From an uncultured Nitrososphaeraceae archaeon (GTDB lineage: Archaea > Thermoproteota > Nitrososphaeria > Nitrososphaerales > Nitrososphaeraceae), in NCBI GenBank assembly GCA_963765895.1, contig CAVXZB010000006.1:33166-97165 (forward strand): DNA of 64,000 bases, read 5' to 3'. Under the pieces are notes generated by a model. The model saw only the letters and a list, made by a program, of their open reading frames with translations, was not told the origin of the DNA and did not search any database. A program made the translations under genes and the position numbers. Shown here in pieces: positions 12,776 through 25,089 of the stretch (position 1 is its first letter; each line of letters begins with the position of its first letter).

Positions 12776-13063
12776 TTCTCAAACTACAAAGTATGAAAAT
12801 AGATGGTCAAACCAAACTTAAGCAAATTTCTAGGAATACAGTTCTATATTGGTATTCTAGTTTAACGGATCAAGGCAAATACCGGAGAGTTACTAAAGTA
12901 AGATCTAGAGATTATGACATTATGAATTTCGCTCCACATAAAGACTTCACTTGTTAATGGTATAAAGAAAGGAAAGCAGGTGATTAATAGCCTTATAATG
13001 CTATATTTTGATTAACTGACCATCTGATCCAGTTTCTCTAGCATTGTAAAGACGGATACGCCC

Positions 13064-13478
13064 TTATTGTGAATCTTCGGCTAGCTCTTTCTTTACTTTT
13101 ATCAAGTCTTCTATGGTTAATGGCTTTGAAATAAAACGTTTTACTTCATCTAGAATCTCTTTTGTTTGGCTTCTTAAGCTCTCATTATACAATTCAGAAG
13201 CAGTAAGAAAACATATCTTTACTTTATTATCTAATTTCCGTATCTCTTTATACAAGTCATATCCATTCATTTTAGGCATATTAATATCAAGTATTACCAA
13301 AGAATAGTAGTTAGACTTAAAATTAGAGAGTGCTAATAGGATCATTAAATGCATCAACCTTAAAACCCTCATCTTCCAGACCCATACTTAAAACTGAAGT
13401 GTTATTAGACTCGTTGTCGACTAGTAATAGTCTCGTCGTCGTAGTAGTAGCACTATTGTTATGGCTCACTACTATCAT
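13064..13478 (-). pseudogene. Stand-alone REC response regulator, frameshifted
   Basis: RLLLVDNE..FKVDAFNDP / LDINMPKMNG..CFLTA..KP. Confidence 0.8.
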
Positions 13479-13542
13479 TTACTCCAATAGTAATAATATC
13501 GTTATTATTGCTACTAAACAATACATTTGTTATAGGTATCAA

Positions 13543-13954
13543 CTAAGAATTCAATTCTTCCTTTATTCGTTTTGCTAACTCGTCTATATCGATGGGTTTT
13601 TGAATAAAGCATTCTACTTCAGAGTCTTCTTTTCCTTCTTTATTTTGATACTTTGCACTTGAACTACTGTGAGAGTTCTGTTTGAGCTCTTCGTGATATA
13701 CATCAAATGCTGTGATAAAGCATATCTTAACTCTGTCATCTATCTTTCTTATCTCATGATATAGTTTAGATCCATCCATCTTTGGCATTTTATAGTCTAT
13801 GAGCACAAAGTCATAGGTGCCGCTCTTGAAATCAGATAATGCTTGTAAGGGATCATTAAATGCATCAACTTTAAAACCATTATCCTGAAGACCCAGGGTA
13901 TAAACAGTTGTAATATCCATTTCATCGTCTATTACTAGTATTCTTTTTTGACAT
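13543..13954 (-). CDS. Stand-alone REC response regulator (ATG offset by one extra A in an A6 run)
   Basis: KRILVIDDE lies in frame upstream of the listed ORF; IDYKMPKMDG, CFITA, QKP. Confidence 0.8.
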
Positions 13955-14346
13955 TTTGTTTGCAGGGTTATTTTCCTTTCTCTTCTATATTCGCTTAGTC
14001 ATTCCGAGATAATTGAATTACATGATGGCTTTTTTATCTGCTATATGCCGCTAAAGCTACTTAGTTACTCATAAATGTAAGCTTTTATCGCCTTGTTGGG
14101 TATTTTGCAAGTTGAGAAGTGCCAAGCTAATTCAAGTCCAAGTAGAGTTACTACAAATCCTATTGCTGGATATATCAAATGTTCAAACACAAGTGTGGAT
14201 TACATATGGTGCTTATTCTACTCTAGTAGACAATAATTTTGATAAATAATAATTGTTGTTTATTTGCTGGAAGTAACAAAAATGCCTACATCGAGTTTGT
14301 AATTTATTATTCTGAGGTTAGCCGGATTTGATGATTTATTTCGATG

Positions 14347-14742
14347 TGGAACATTATGCAGTTAATTAAATCTGACTTGCTAAAATAAAAGTGAAGCTAT
14401 ATGAGAAAATTGATTATTATCCTGGGTGGGTTGAATTCATAAATACGGTATTATCTCTTCCATGATTTTTCGAATCATTATTTTGACAGATGATATTCGT
14501 TGTTAGATCATCATTTCCACAACTGTTTTGTTGCGTGCTTGTTCTGGAGCTTTTGCTTGATGCATATGCATCGTGGATTGTCATAATTGCTATTATTCCA
14601 ATAAACAAGGCCGTTAATACTAGACTGCCTATCACTGTGTTTTTATTGTTCATAATTCTAGAAATTTGTTAGATTTCGTTGTATATTTCATTTTGGAACA
14701 TTAATGCAGTTAATTAAATCTGACTTATCTCCAATAAAGTGA
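14347..14742. repeat. Imperfect ~48-bp direct repeats (14347-14394, 14694-14742) flanking a small gene
   Basis: TGGAACATTA(A)TGCAGTTAATTAAATCTGACTT...AATAAA(A)GTGA in both. Confidence 0.8.
14417..14653 (-). CDS. Small secreted protein
   Basis: Signal peptide ending DAYA; QQNSCGN..ICQN. Confidence 0.65.
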   Translation of the reverse strand: MNNKNTVIGSLVLTALFIGIIAIMTIHDAYASSKSSRTSTQQNSCGNDDLTTNIICQNNDSKNHGRDNTVFMNSTHPG

Positions 14743-15235
14743 GTAGAATATAACGTTATAGAAAAGATTTCATCCTAATGGCCTCATTTAATAGTAGTGT
14801 CATGCTTTTTTGCCAAATAATTTATTTGTAGATTATTCTTGTTACCTCTATGTCATTTGAGTTAAATACGTTAATGGTCTTATTTACGAAGCTTTTTGTA
14901 ATTATTATAGACAGACTAGATACTTCGCAGCGAGAGAATATTTACAATCTAATAATCCTGTTTATGGACTTGATCTTACCATTCTCTGTGTCGGATTTTT
15001 CTTATTTTGTAAACAGAAATGAATCAATAGTTTTACCCTTACGATCTCTTCTCTCACGTTTGACAAAATTCCAATCTATCCCACTTACAATAACAGGTGA
15101 CTACTAGCTATTTTTAGAATTGTATAGCAGATATATTATATTTATGTCATCTATCTGTGATATGATAAAAGTGTATTATTTCGACTAAAGAACTTCGAAT
15201 TATGACCAAATGAAATATATTAATTTTCTAGTAAT

Positions 15236-15484
15236 TCATAAATTCGCTGCAAGTTTATGATTATTTTTTGAATGGCCTCTCCAAGAGCTGCTTTCATCCA
15301 ACAATTGCATATGCTCTTCTAGGGTATTATACCTAGAGAAGTCCATCTTTATATCCTCATGATCCCTTATCGTCTGTAATTCTTCAAGAATGGAGTCAAA
15401 TTTCTTATATGTTCTTCTCACATTTTTCCTCTTATTACTGGATGCTGTTTTCTTTACCATGGATGACGATGTTGGGGACGTCAT
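15236..15484 (-). CDS. Hypothetical protein
   Basis: 82-aa ORF only. Confidence 0.45.
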   Translation of the reverse strand: MTSPTSSSMVKKTASSNKRKNVRRTYKKFDSILEELQTIRDHEDIKMDFSRYNTLEEHMQLLDESSSWRGHSKNNHKLAANL

Positions 15485-15634
15485 GGTCTATATGTAAGTA
15501 TGATATACGGTAACGTAGTATATAATCTCATTTATTCAATCAATCCGAAGAAAGATAGATTAATGATGAATGAATGAATAAATAATCTAAAGATAAGGCG
15601 ATTTAATGCCGTCCAGTATCCATATTAACAATAA

Positions 15635-16042
15635 TTATTCGCGCCCACCATACATTATTCGGTCTATATGTTCTAAGAGCTCTTCATTTGTTATAGGCTT
15701 CCGAATAAAACAGTTAGCAGGAAGAGAAGAAAATATATCAGAATATGACCCATAATACATTTCTCCAGCTGTAAGAAAGCATACTTTCATCTTATCATCA
15801 CGTTTCTTAATCTCTCTATAAAAAGAAAAACCACTCATTTCTGGCATCTTAATATCAAGAATTAATAGATCGTAGTAATGAGGTTTGAAGTTTTCTAAAG
15901 CAAGAAACGGATTCTCATGTGAATCGACGATAAAACCGTTTTTCTGTAGCACCTTGCGTAATGTTATGTTAACATCAGGTTCATCATCGGTAACTAGAAT
16001 CCTTTTTGACATTTCTATTACCTTGTTTATATATGCAAGCAT
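15635..16042 (-). CDS. Stand-alone REC response regulator
   Basis: MSKRILVTDDE, LDIKMPEMSG, CFLTA, RKP; true start probably at MSKR. Confidence 0.9.
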   Translation of the reverse strand: MLAYINKVIEMSKRILVTDDEPDVNITLRKVLQKNGFIVDSHENPFLALENFKPHYYDLLILDIKMPEMSGFSFYREIKKRDDKMKVCFLTAGEMYYGSYSDIFSSLPANCFIRKPITNEELLEHIDRIMYGGRE

Positions 16043-16197
16043 TTTTGACTAAAGCGGCTGAAGTATACCACGAAGACTTACAAGGCAGTATAATCAAGAA
16101 CAAAGCAATAATATTAATATACTATTTTTGAAAGCCAAGTGGAAATCACGAGCTATCGAAGGTAGTAAACACGACAATAGTTACAAAAGTTATAAAG

Positions 16198-16668
16198 TCA
16201 TTTAATGCTTCTCGAATTAAACCAGGGTTTCCAAAATCTGTTATACCAGTCTTCATTCATTTTTGATACAGATTTAAGAAACTCTCCATAAGCATTAAAC
16301 CAATAGCTCATTAAGCTTTGCCAAGTTGCTGAACTTGCCACAAACGGATGGATGATATTATCTTGATTCTTTTTCATATAAGATGGTGCTTCAACTATTT
16401 CTTCTTCTTGGTGTCTAATAACATTAGCCTCATTTTGATTTTTATTACTTATAGACTTAGATGTTGGTGTTGTTGTTGTAATTTCAGCTTCTTGTATTGC
16501 CACTGTTGGCTTTGATAATACTTCTGCGTTAATACAATCGGTATGAACTTTTTCTTCTGTAATATATTCACAAGAGGTGCATGCAAAAATTAAAGGCTGT
16601 TGGCAAAGTTGACAATAGGAAGACGCTTTGAGCTCTGAACCACATTTTATACAAAGTGTTTGAGCCAT
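16198..16668 (-). CDS. Zinc-ribbon protein with C-terminal amphipathic FWKPW helix
   Basis: Three CxxC pairs plus HxxC; C-terminus resembles 4540..4824. Confidence 0.75.
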   Translation of the reverse strand: MAQTLCIKCGSELKASSYCQLCQQPLIFACTSCEYITEEKVHTDCINAEVLSKPTVAIQEAEITTTTPTSKSISNKNQNEANVIRHQEEEIVEAPSYMKKNQDNIIHPFVASSATWQSLMSYWFNAYGEFLKSVSKMNEDWYNRFWKPWFNSRSIK

Positions 16669-16877
16669 ACCTATATGTTATCACTATGCAATATATTTCT
16701 TCAACTAATAACTGCATCTCTAATTTGTGAGAAAGCCTCCATATCGAGTCCAAAAACAAAAGGCGTTCCAATACTCGGGTCTATAATTAATAGAAATCTC
16801 ATATTACCATGAATCTTATTTGGATTAAAGTAAATCGATAAGTCTTAGCAGGAGTTCCCAATGAATTTTTCTATAGA

Positions 16878-18250
16878 TTAATTATTATTTCTTCTTTTGG
16901 AATTTTCAATCTCTTGTAAAGTCAATTTCAAATATTCTTTAATTTCTTCTTCTTGTATGGATGATTCAACACCAGTTTTTTCGTAGACATACTTTGATTC
17001 AGCAGAAAAATGCTTTGCAATACTTGTAATCCTATTTTGAATTTCTGTTTCCAATTGCGATGTTGCAATGTTATCTAGCATTAATGATTCCCGCTCCATA
17101 GTTTGTCTCATAGATTTACGCAAGTTATTATCATTAGCAACAGAAATTGCTGAAGAATAAATTCCTACGAGGAGAAGGTAAGATCCAAGCCCTAAAAAGG
17201 ATATGCTAGCAAGTCCGAATGGCGGATAGTGCGCAAGAATTAAACTAGTGATTTGATTTGAAGAAAATATTAGTATAACGCCGTATGCTGAGAGAGTCAT
17301 ATAGTCTTTTACTGCGTGACCTCTAATCAGTCTTGCTATACTCCAAAATGCAATACCAAATAATAGACCTCCTATAGGTCTTGTTGCACTAAAAAATAAA
17401 GTATAAACTATACCAAATAATATCGGATCTGAAAGACGAAACTGAGCAAACAAATCTAAAAAATACGATTGAAATTCACTCAGAAAATAGACCAAAGGGA
17501 TTGTAACAATGATCCAATATTTTATCCTCCCAAGTTTGCTAGAATGATGGTATAATAGAACAACTGTGGCAAGCCACATTAGTATAAAAGAAAGAATTGA
17601 TGTAATAACATATCCATTATGAAACATATTGTCGAAGCTAAATAATGCAGTATTGGCCACTTTACCAATGGAAGGCTGTATGTAGTCATTTTGCCCAAAT
17701 CTTGTCAATGAGCTTGTTACATACAAAATAATGAAAACTGCATTTATTGAAAGGCAGCACGATCGCCAGAGTATACAAAAAAACAGTTAGATTTCTATTC
17801 GATCTAAACCAGGAGAAGAACTTCTCAGCTAAAATCCCTAATAGAAAAATCGAAGTAATGCAGCTGATCCAAATAATTAGCTTCATGAAGAAAATGTCAT
17901 ATCTCATAAATATTACCATCTGGACGATTATGAGCAATAGAATTACAATTAGGAAGAGCTGGATTACGGATACAGATTTAATGACCACTCTCAGCATTGA
18001 AGATTTAACCGATTGGCCAGTTTGTTTGACAAAGCGTAGTATAATGAATTGGCCAAAAGCATAGATGAGAGTCATAATCGTAAAGATTGTAATATCCGAG
18101 CTTGAGGGAATTACCTCACCAACGAAAGCAGAAATATCTGGTATTGAGGCTTCCATTATCCATTATCATTGCAGTAATAACGAAGCAGATCACCACCATG
18201 ACACTGGTATTACTAGGACAAACGATGAATCTTGTATATCTCGTGTTCAT
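16878..18250 (-). pseudogene. Multi-pass membrane protein with cytoplasmic coiled-coil tail, two frameshifts
   Basis: ORFs 17686..18156 and 16878..17726 join by removing one base at ~17754; about 9-10 hydrophobic segments. Confidence 0.7.
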
Positions 18251-18365
18251 AAACAACTATTGATTGATTAGTCTTAAGATATCGAGTCATTAATAAAAGC
18301 GACTATCTTGAATTTATCATAGAGGTTCAAGTTATATAGTTCCATATTCTATTACGAAATGATAA

Positions 18366-19100
18366 ATGGTGGTTGGAACTGACTGCAGTTTCATGCCGAA
18401 ACTAACCGTATTGGTCATTCTTTTCGGAGTAATCCTTACGCTTAGCACTATGTCATTAATTACAAGTGTAAAGGCGGATAGCATGAATGTTGGTGTATAT
18501 GCCAAGGATTCCAAGCCATTTGGTATTTCATATCAAAATTGGATTAATAAATGGTGGCAGTGGAATATGGGGATTCCATCTGCAGAACATCCAAGAGATC
18601 ATTTCACCCCCTCAAGATGCACTATCAATCAAAATGGGCCAGTATGGTTCTTGGCCGATCTCTTAAGCGGGAAGGAAGAACGCACTTGTGCTATCCCTGC
18701 TGATAAAGCTATTCTTGTGCCTCTGCTCACTGGAAACTGTGATGCTGACTTTACTACTCCAAATGCTCCTGCTAGTGAAAGCAATCCTAACCTAATTCAG
18801 TGTGCTAAGGCAGGCGACGAGTATGGGGCTATAAGTGCCAGCCTAGATGAAAGAAACCTACAGAAATTAGAGCAATATAGAACACTGACTGGATTTTTCA
18901 ATCTAATTGTGCCGAAAGATAATGTTTTCAAGAATCGGCCGGGCACATGGAAATCAGTTAATGATGGGTTCTTTGTATTTTTAGAGCCATTGCCACCTGG
19001 CAAACATGATCTTCATCTTAAAACAAATGTAATTAATCCGATCAATCCGTCATATAATTATTCTGCTGATTTGTTGTATCATTTAATAGTAAAGCCATAG
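18366..19100 (+). CDS. Secreted protein (WWQW / GPVWFLA motif family)
   Basis: Signal peptide; WINKWWQW, GPVWFLA, DGFFVFLEPLPPGKH. Confidence 0.8.
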   Translation: MVVGTDCSFMPKLTVLVILFGVILTLSTMSLITSVKADSMNVGVYAKDSKPFGISYQNWINKWWQWNMGIPSAEHPRDHFTPSRCTINQNGPVWFLADLLSGKEERTCAIPADKAILVPLLTGNCDADFTTPNAPASESNPNLIQCAKAGDEYGAISASLDERNLQKLEQYRTLTGFFNLIVPKDNVFKNRPGTWKSVNDGFFVFLEPLPPGKHDLHLKTNVINPINPSYNYSADLLYHLIVKP

Positions 19101-19898
19101 CTTACAGGATTTGGTTAATTCAATATCAATAGATCAAAATAATTCATCTCCCATGTCTCCTTTTCAAATATTTGGGAGATGCTTCGTATGTCAACCTACT
19201 AAATTATATAATTATTCATCAGCAATTATTTTTCAAAAACTATATTACTATAGTAGAGATATATCCTTCCGGCCCCATCTATTTCCAAGCGCTATAACTT
19301 ATGTCCTTTCAAAATAGTGTATGAGAATATGAGATAAATAGAAAGGCTATATCTCTTAATGAACATGCTATCAAATGGAAATCCTAAATACGCAGAATGT
19401 GAAGATAGGGGCTTCAAATGATTACAACTAGACCGCATTAATGGTATTGTGAGATGGATGGATAGAAATGGTTTCAAACCTTGACTTTGGCATATCAGTT
19501 TTCGTGGACTGATCTCAATAGCCGTATCCTATTATTGTGTTAAGGATAAATGATAGTATACTACTTAAAATATCATACTGTCATTAACAGCTAATGCCGC
19601 CTCACACACTCACTAGCCCTAGAACAGAGTATTTAGTGTTGGTAACTATCACTTATGCCGTCTAAAGGTAGGGCAGTAAGCATTTAATATTTTATGTATG
19701 CGGTATTTGTGTATGCTCATTCATCCCTTATGTTATTCCTGTTCTTCATCTATGAATTTAGAGCATTCACATTCTAAACAAAATTCAACTGGTCTGATTT
19801 TTCCGGTTTCTATATTTGCAATTGTTGAATACAGGTGATATAGTTTGGGATGTTTGCATTTGCAAATTGCAGCCTCACTTGTTTGATTTGACTGCCAC

Positions 19899-20195
19899 TC
19901 AATTTTTGTCAATGGCTAAGTCCAGGATAGGATTTACGGAATTGATAATAATCCTTGCTATGTATTTATCAATACCAAGTATTTCCGCTAGGTCATTTGA
20001 TGACATGCTTTTCAATAGTTCTATTCTAAAGCTGTAGGCTAGAAGTAATTCCTTCAAGCCATCGGCTATGTCGAGTTGATCAACTGCATCTATATAGCTT
20101 ATAAGCTGTGGTTGTTGTTGTCGCATTAAATTGAGTAATGAATTAAAAGACTCAGATTGAATAATCGCATTGTCGGTTTTAATTGCGATACTCAT
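19899..20195 (-). CDS. Hypothetical protein (helix-hairpin-helix-like C-terminus)
   Basis: DLAEILGIDKYIARII. Confidence 0.55.
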   Translation of the reverse strand: MSIAIKTDNAIIQSESFNSLLNLMRQQQPQLISYIDAVDQLDIADGLKELLLAYSFRIELLKSMSSNDLAEILGIDKYIARIIINSVNPILDLAIDKN

Positions 20196-21109
20196 ATTTG
20201 CCTATAACCTTTATATTATTTAACATCATCTTAAAGCAAGATATTAAAAAATAGATGTTATATGACCTGTATGATTTACTAAAATACTTATTATGGATCC
20301 ATTAATCATTTCAGACGATTCATGTGGTTAGAATACTTGAGTTAGCTACTTTCATGCGATCGTGATAGAATTCAGCCAAACTATATCTTTGGGGGGAATC
20401 AGCCAGCCCTATGACTAGGCTATACGCGGCTAAATGCACGATCGAATGGTTGAATATTCACTCATGCTATAGCCATAATAAGTAAAGTTATTTTTATTAA
20501 ATGATTCTAGGACTAAAACTTTGCTTATATTTTGTTATACAAACCTGCAACAGACATTAGTTGACATAATGCATCAGGCTTATTTATTATACTAACAAAA
20601 AGTGATTATTTGTTTACCTGTTGCCTTCAACAAACAGACCATTGGTATAGCAAACTAACATATTCAGAAACAGTTTCACCCATACCTCGTCTGGCAACAC
20701 GCCTTTCAAGGTGATTATAAAGTGCTGTGGACAGAATAATAGGAATTCCTTCAAGATAGATAATATTTCGTTTCGATACGGCTTAGCAATCGTGCCAGTC
20801 ATACCCGTGTTTTATACTCCAGATTATATTATTAGGTTTCATATTCCATGTATTCATAGTTCATCCACTTGTGAAGAATAACCAGAAGTGTAAACTAAGC
20901 GCGAGACGTAAACATGTTAATAAAATCTTAATTCTTTTAATTTAACTTCGTCTTTAACATTCATAAAATAATTCACGATTTTGTCCATGTTATTCTTCCA
21001 ATATAGCTTGCGAAACTATAGATGTGTCTTCAAATGTATCTCTATTATGCAACATATAATCAAGTCTTTGAATTCTTTCTTTCTTTTCTCATATCTTCTT
21101 GTAGCTTTA

Positions 21110-21457
21110 CTAAGCCGATCTTAGTTCATAATAATGATTCACTTTACCGTCATCGCAAATGTCCTGCTTCTTCATCATAAGAAAGTTGCTAATACCATTG
21201 TTACAAGAGTGTTGTAATGTAGGTCTTAACTCATGGTCGCAAACACTTGAGCCTGCTGGCAGTTGTTTCATGCATTGACTCACCAAATTATTACTGGCTG
21301 CATTTGCTTCATTAAATGATTTTCGTAATCCCTGATATACATTCCACCCTCCCCACAGAATTAGTCCTAAAAAGAAAATACTTAATCCAATACCGAATAT
21401 TCCTTTTGATGACATAGCACTTGCTTCTTTTCTGTTTGTTATAAACAAAATATACAA
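21110..21457 (-). CDS. Membrane-anchored Cys-containing hypothetical protein
   Basis: N-terminal TM, four Cys. Confidence 0.55.
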   Translation of the reverse strand: MYILFITNRKEASAMSSKGIFGIGLSIFFLGLILWGGWNVYQGLRKSFNEANAASNNLVSQCMKQLPAGSSVCDHELRPTLQHSCNNGISNFLMMKKQDICDDGKVNHYYELRSA

Positions 21458-21519
21458 GGGTTACTGATTATCTAGTAGATAGACTTCACAATCTTTCCAA
21501 AATTATGCTGTTTTAGGGA

Positions 21520-21710
21520 TGTGTTACCATAATCGCAATAATCATACTGGTTGCTACGGATGGAGTTATACAGCTTGGCAAGGACCATTTTATATTCCTA
21601 ATCTGGAAAATCCTAGATGGATGAGTCACTATTCCTACATTTTACTTTTGTAGAAATTGATTCTTCCTTTTATCGGCTTCTCAATGCATTTACGGTTAAG
21701 AATTGTTGCG
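21520..21710 (+). pseudogene. Second DUF72 N-terminal remnant
   Basis: GCYGWSYTAWQGPFY..FVEIDSSFY; similar to 11910-12080. Confidence 0.65.
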
Positions 21711-21823
21711 ACAATTATACGATCGCAATCTACAAACACAAATTTTTCTAAAAAATCTCTTGCAAAGTCAATTTCAAATGAGCGACATCTCTTGAATTAG
21801 TATTTAGGTAATATTATTTGAGA

Positions 21824-22779
21824 GGCTCTGTAGAAACCATGTTCTGAATACCGTTAGAGCTTTCTAGACGTATGATCCAATATGGATGTTGAAAGAATCA
21901 AGATATGTTAGGCTGGCTAATACTATGTACCGTGTCTTGAGAAATTCAAGGATACCATTGTTTCTTCACAGAAAGAGCAATCATGTATTTATGATATGGC
22001 AGCATTTAGTATTACTTACAATAAGACAGTACAAAGGTAAGAGTTATAGGATGTTTGTCGAGTGGTTAGTCGAGGCACATTACCTTAGATCGTACCTACG
22101 ATTGTCACGTATTCCTCATTTTACAACATTGCAAAAGTTTACAGACAGACAGAATTAGCAATTCACTGCTTGAGAAGATAATTTCGTCATTCATTGTAAT
22201 TAGCTGTACGAAGCATATCTTTGTAGGAATAGATTCAACAGGATTTAAAATAACTCATGCTTCACAGTATTATGATGAACGAATAGAAGCAAGAAGAAAA
22301 TATGCGAAATTATCTATTGGAGCTGACGTACTACAACAGATTATCTGAAACATAAGGATAAGACGAGCTCCTACAAGACATGATAATGTAGATTTCAAGC
22401 CAATCATAACAAGAATAGCTGAAATTCTACCACTATCCGTAGTTACAGCTGATAATGGATATGATAATGAAGATAATCATCAGTTGGTAAGAGAAACCTT
22501 GCATGCATTCAGTGTTATTCCAGCTCGATATGAACATGTACCGATATGGAGAACACATGGCAGATATAGAAAGCAGATGAAACGTGGATATAACGAACTA
22601 TTGTACAATCAACGAAACAAGGATGAGACCATAATGTCTGTCATAAAACGACTATTTGGAGAATATATTTCTTCAAGGCTAGTAAAAACACAGAACAGGG
22701 AACTATCATTCAGATGCATAGCCTATAACATGCACAGGCTAACGAATATTGTCATTTTTGTGATGATTTCTACATGGCC
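21824..22779 (+). mobile_element. IS5 family (IS903-like) insertion sequence, 956 bp
   Basis: Imperfect TIRs GGCTCTGTAGAAACC / GATTTCTACATGGCC; 9-bp TSD TATTTGAGA at 21815-21823 and 22780-22788. Confidence 0.9.
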
Positions 22780-22786
22780 TATTTGA
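21886..22786 (+). pseudogene. IS5-family DDE transposase, frameshift plus internal stop
   Basis: IPHFTTLQKF, IDSTGF, ADNGYD, YNQRNKDETIMSVIKR. Confidence 0.88.
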
Positions 22787-23156
22787 GACTACAATCCATT
22801 ACTTCGTTTATAATTTTTAATAGATCTTCATTTGTCACAGGCTTTTGAATTATACAGTTGTCTGGTAGTGAAGAAAGAATATCTGAATATTCTCCATAGT
22901 TAATTTCTGCAGCTGTAAGAATACACACTTTCATCTTGTCATCAAGTTTTTTAATCTCTCTATAAAAGGAAAAACCATTCATCTTTGGCATCTTTATGTC
23001 AAGAAGTAATAGATAGTAAAAATGAGGTTTAAAGTTCTCTAAAGCATCGAGTGGATTATCAAATGAATCAACAGTAAAACCATTTGATTTGAATATCTCA
23101 CGTAATGCAGTATTGATGTGAGCCTCATCATCGACTATAATGATTCTCTTTGACAT
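22779..23156 (-). CDS. Stand-alone REC response regulator
   Basis: IIIVDDE, LDIKMPKMNG, LTA, QKP. Confidence 0.9.
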   Translation of the reverse strand: MSKRIIIVDDEAHINTALREIFKSNGFTVDSFDNPLDALENFKPHFYYLLLLDIKMPKMNGFSFYREIKKLDDKMKVCILTAAEINYGEYSDILSSLPDNCIIQKPVTNEDLLKIINEVMDCSLK

Positions 23157-23596
23157 TTTATTTTACCATTGATTTTTTCATTTCTTTTTTCAGATTTGAT
23201 CCTACATACTGAATTCATTGAATCGCTTGACTATACCTGCAATCTTTTATGGTCTTGTCGGCTGTCATATATGATATATAATGCCAAGCTGTCTCAGGTC
23301 GAAATGGAGTTATAACAAACTCTAAAGCAGGGATTGAATGTTCAAACATATAGATGAATTATTAATGGGACATATTTTTATTCTGGTAGACAGTTATCTT
23401 GATTAGTAATAAATATTGTATATTTATTGGAGCTAGCCAGGTGTCGCTCAATAAAAATTCTAAAACCTAGATAGACAAAGCATTCTTTATAACGTGGTGT
23501 TCTACAGAAGTTTGACATAGCATATAAATTAGATTCTTGAAAATCCTTAATATCACTTTGATGAGCCAAAATATTATGCAAATGGTTATCCTAGTA

Positions 23597-24000
23597 TTAA
23601 TCTAATTCTGAGGCTAATCTTTCAATTAAATATTTTATCGACACTAGCTTTTCGATAAAACATCCAAAACCTACATTACGGTATACTTCTCTTAGAGCCT
23701 GGATATTTACTGCTAATGCAGACATAAAACATACTCTCATGTTAACATCTAATTCTAATAACTTTTCACATAACTGAAAGCCATTCATGTTTGGCATATA
23801 AATATCGGTTAGAAGAAGATCATAATAATGTGGTTTGAATTGTGTCAATACCAATAAAGGATTGTTATATGCGTATACTTCAAATCTTTTCTTGTTGTCA
23901 CCATCGCCATAATAATGACCGTCTAAACCCACTTTGAAAGTTAATGTAATGTCGGGATCATCATCTATGACAAGTATCCTTTTGATAAATGGTGATTTTG
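23597..24000 (-). CDS. Stand-alone REC response regulator (start uncertain)
   Basis: In-frame KRILVIDDDPDI upstream of the listed ORF; TDIYMPNMNG; no canonical start codon seen. Confidence 0.75.
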
Positions 24001-24401
24001 GTTGTGGTTGTTCTTTTGTTTCCGTTCCTATGATGGTATCTAAACGTGATCCCTGGCTTTGTAGGTAATTAGGATCAGTAAGTGAGGGAGAAGACCTGGA
24101 AAGATAATGTTGATGAAGACAATCATCCTCACTGTTACTATAGGAATGACGAAATGAACCAATCCCATTATCTAAAATTGGATAAGAATTATGGTTTTAG
24201 TTCGGGTAAGCAATATTCTCGTATATTTCAACTTTCGACCCCATCTCTATATAACTTTCTATGTTTCTATCGTTAAAAGATCCTCTATCCGACTGTTCCA
24301 AATTTTTGGACCTCGAGGCATATGTAATCCTTTATTGCGTTGTAGATAATAATAATGTCTATCATCGCATTGGCAAAAACTTTTACTTTAGAGGCGAGAA
24401 T

Positions 24402-24926
24402 ATGACAAATAACCCTACTGACACCAACACCGCAGCAGACAAACCTCTTGTCCTCAATTCAGTTGAAATCGACAAACTTCTTTCGATGAGACTAATAGCT
24501 AACCTCGCTACACCTGATGAAGACGGCAGTATTCATCTCATGCCTATATAGTTTCTGCGAATCCATAACGACATTTGCATCTCTGCTTCTCGCTATACAC
24601 ACAAGTATCGAAACCTTGTAAGTAGGCCATGTGCATCAGTAATAATTGATATATCAAGAGCCGGCTTGAATCTCAAAGGAGTATTGATCACAGGTCAAGT
24701 AGAACTTGTTGTTGAAGATGAGACCCGGAAGATTAATCACTTGATTCATTTGAAATATGTGACACAGGAGACATTGGATGATCCAACTGTCGCATCATAT
24801 CTTTCGAAAGGGGATGACGTAACTGTAAAGGTGCATATGGAACGCTTGATCAGCTGGAATCTAAATGACTCTCAAGCTGGGATGGCTCTTCGCAGAGGCG
24901 GCTGGTTCCACCCACTAGACGGTTAG
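24402..24926 (+). pseudogene. Pyridoxamine 5'-phosphate oxidase-like flavin-binding protein, in-frame TAG at 24549
   Basis: ANLATPDEDGSIHLMPI*F..KYRNL..GVLITGQVE. Confidence 0.75.
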
Positions 24927-25089
24927 ATAGATGAAAAATATTGAAGGGGTTTTTGGATTAAAACATACTGATTAAGGCATAAGTTTCTACGAATTAGAAT
25001 GTATTGAAATTCTTGTTTGATTGTGTTACCTTGATATTCCTTATTACCGTGTCATGTTCTACTGACTGATTTGCCTGAAGAGGTTCTCG

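Noticed and set aside
14347-14742. Direct repeats as a CRISPR array
   Set aside because: Only two copies, ~300 bp apart, enclosing a gene
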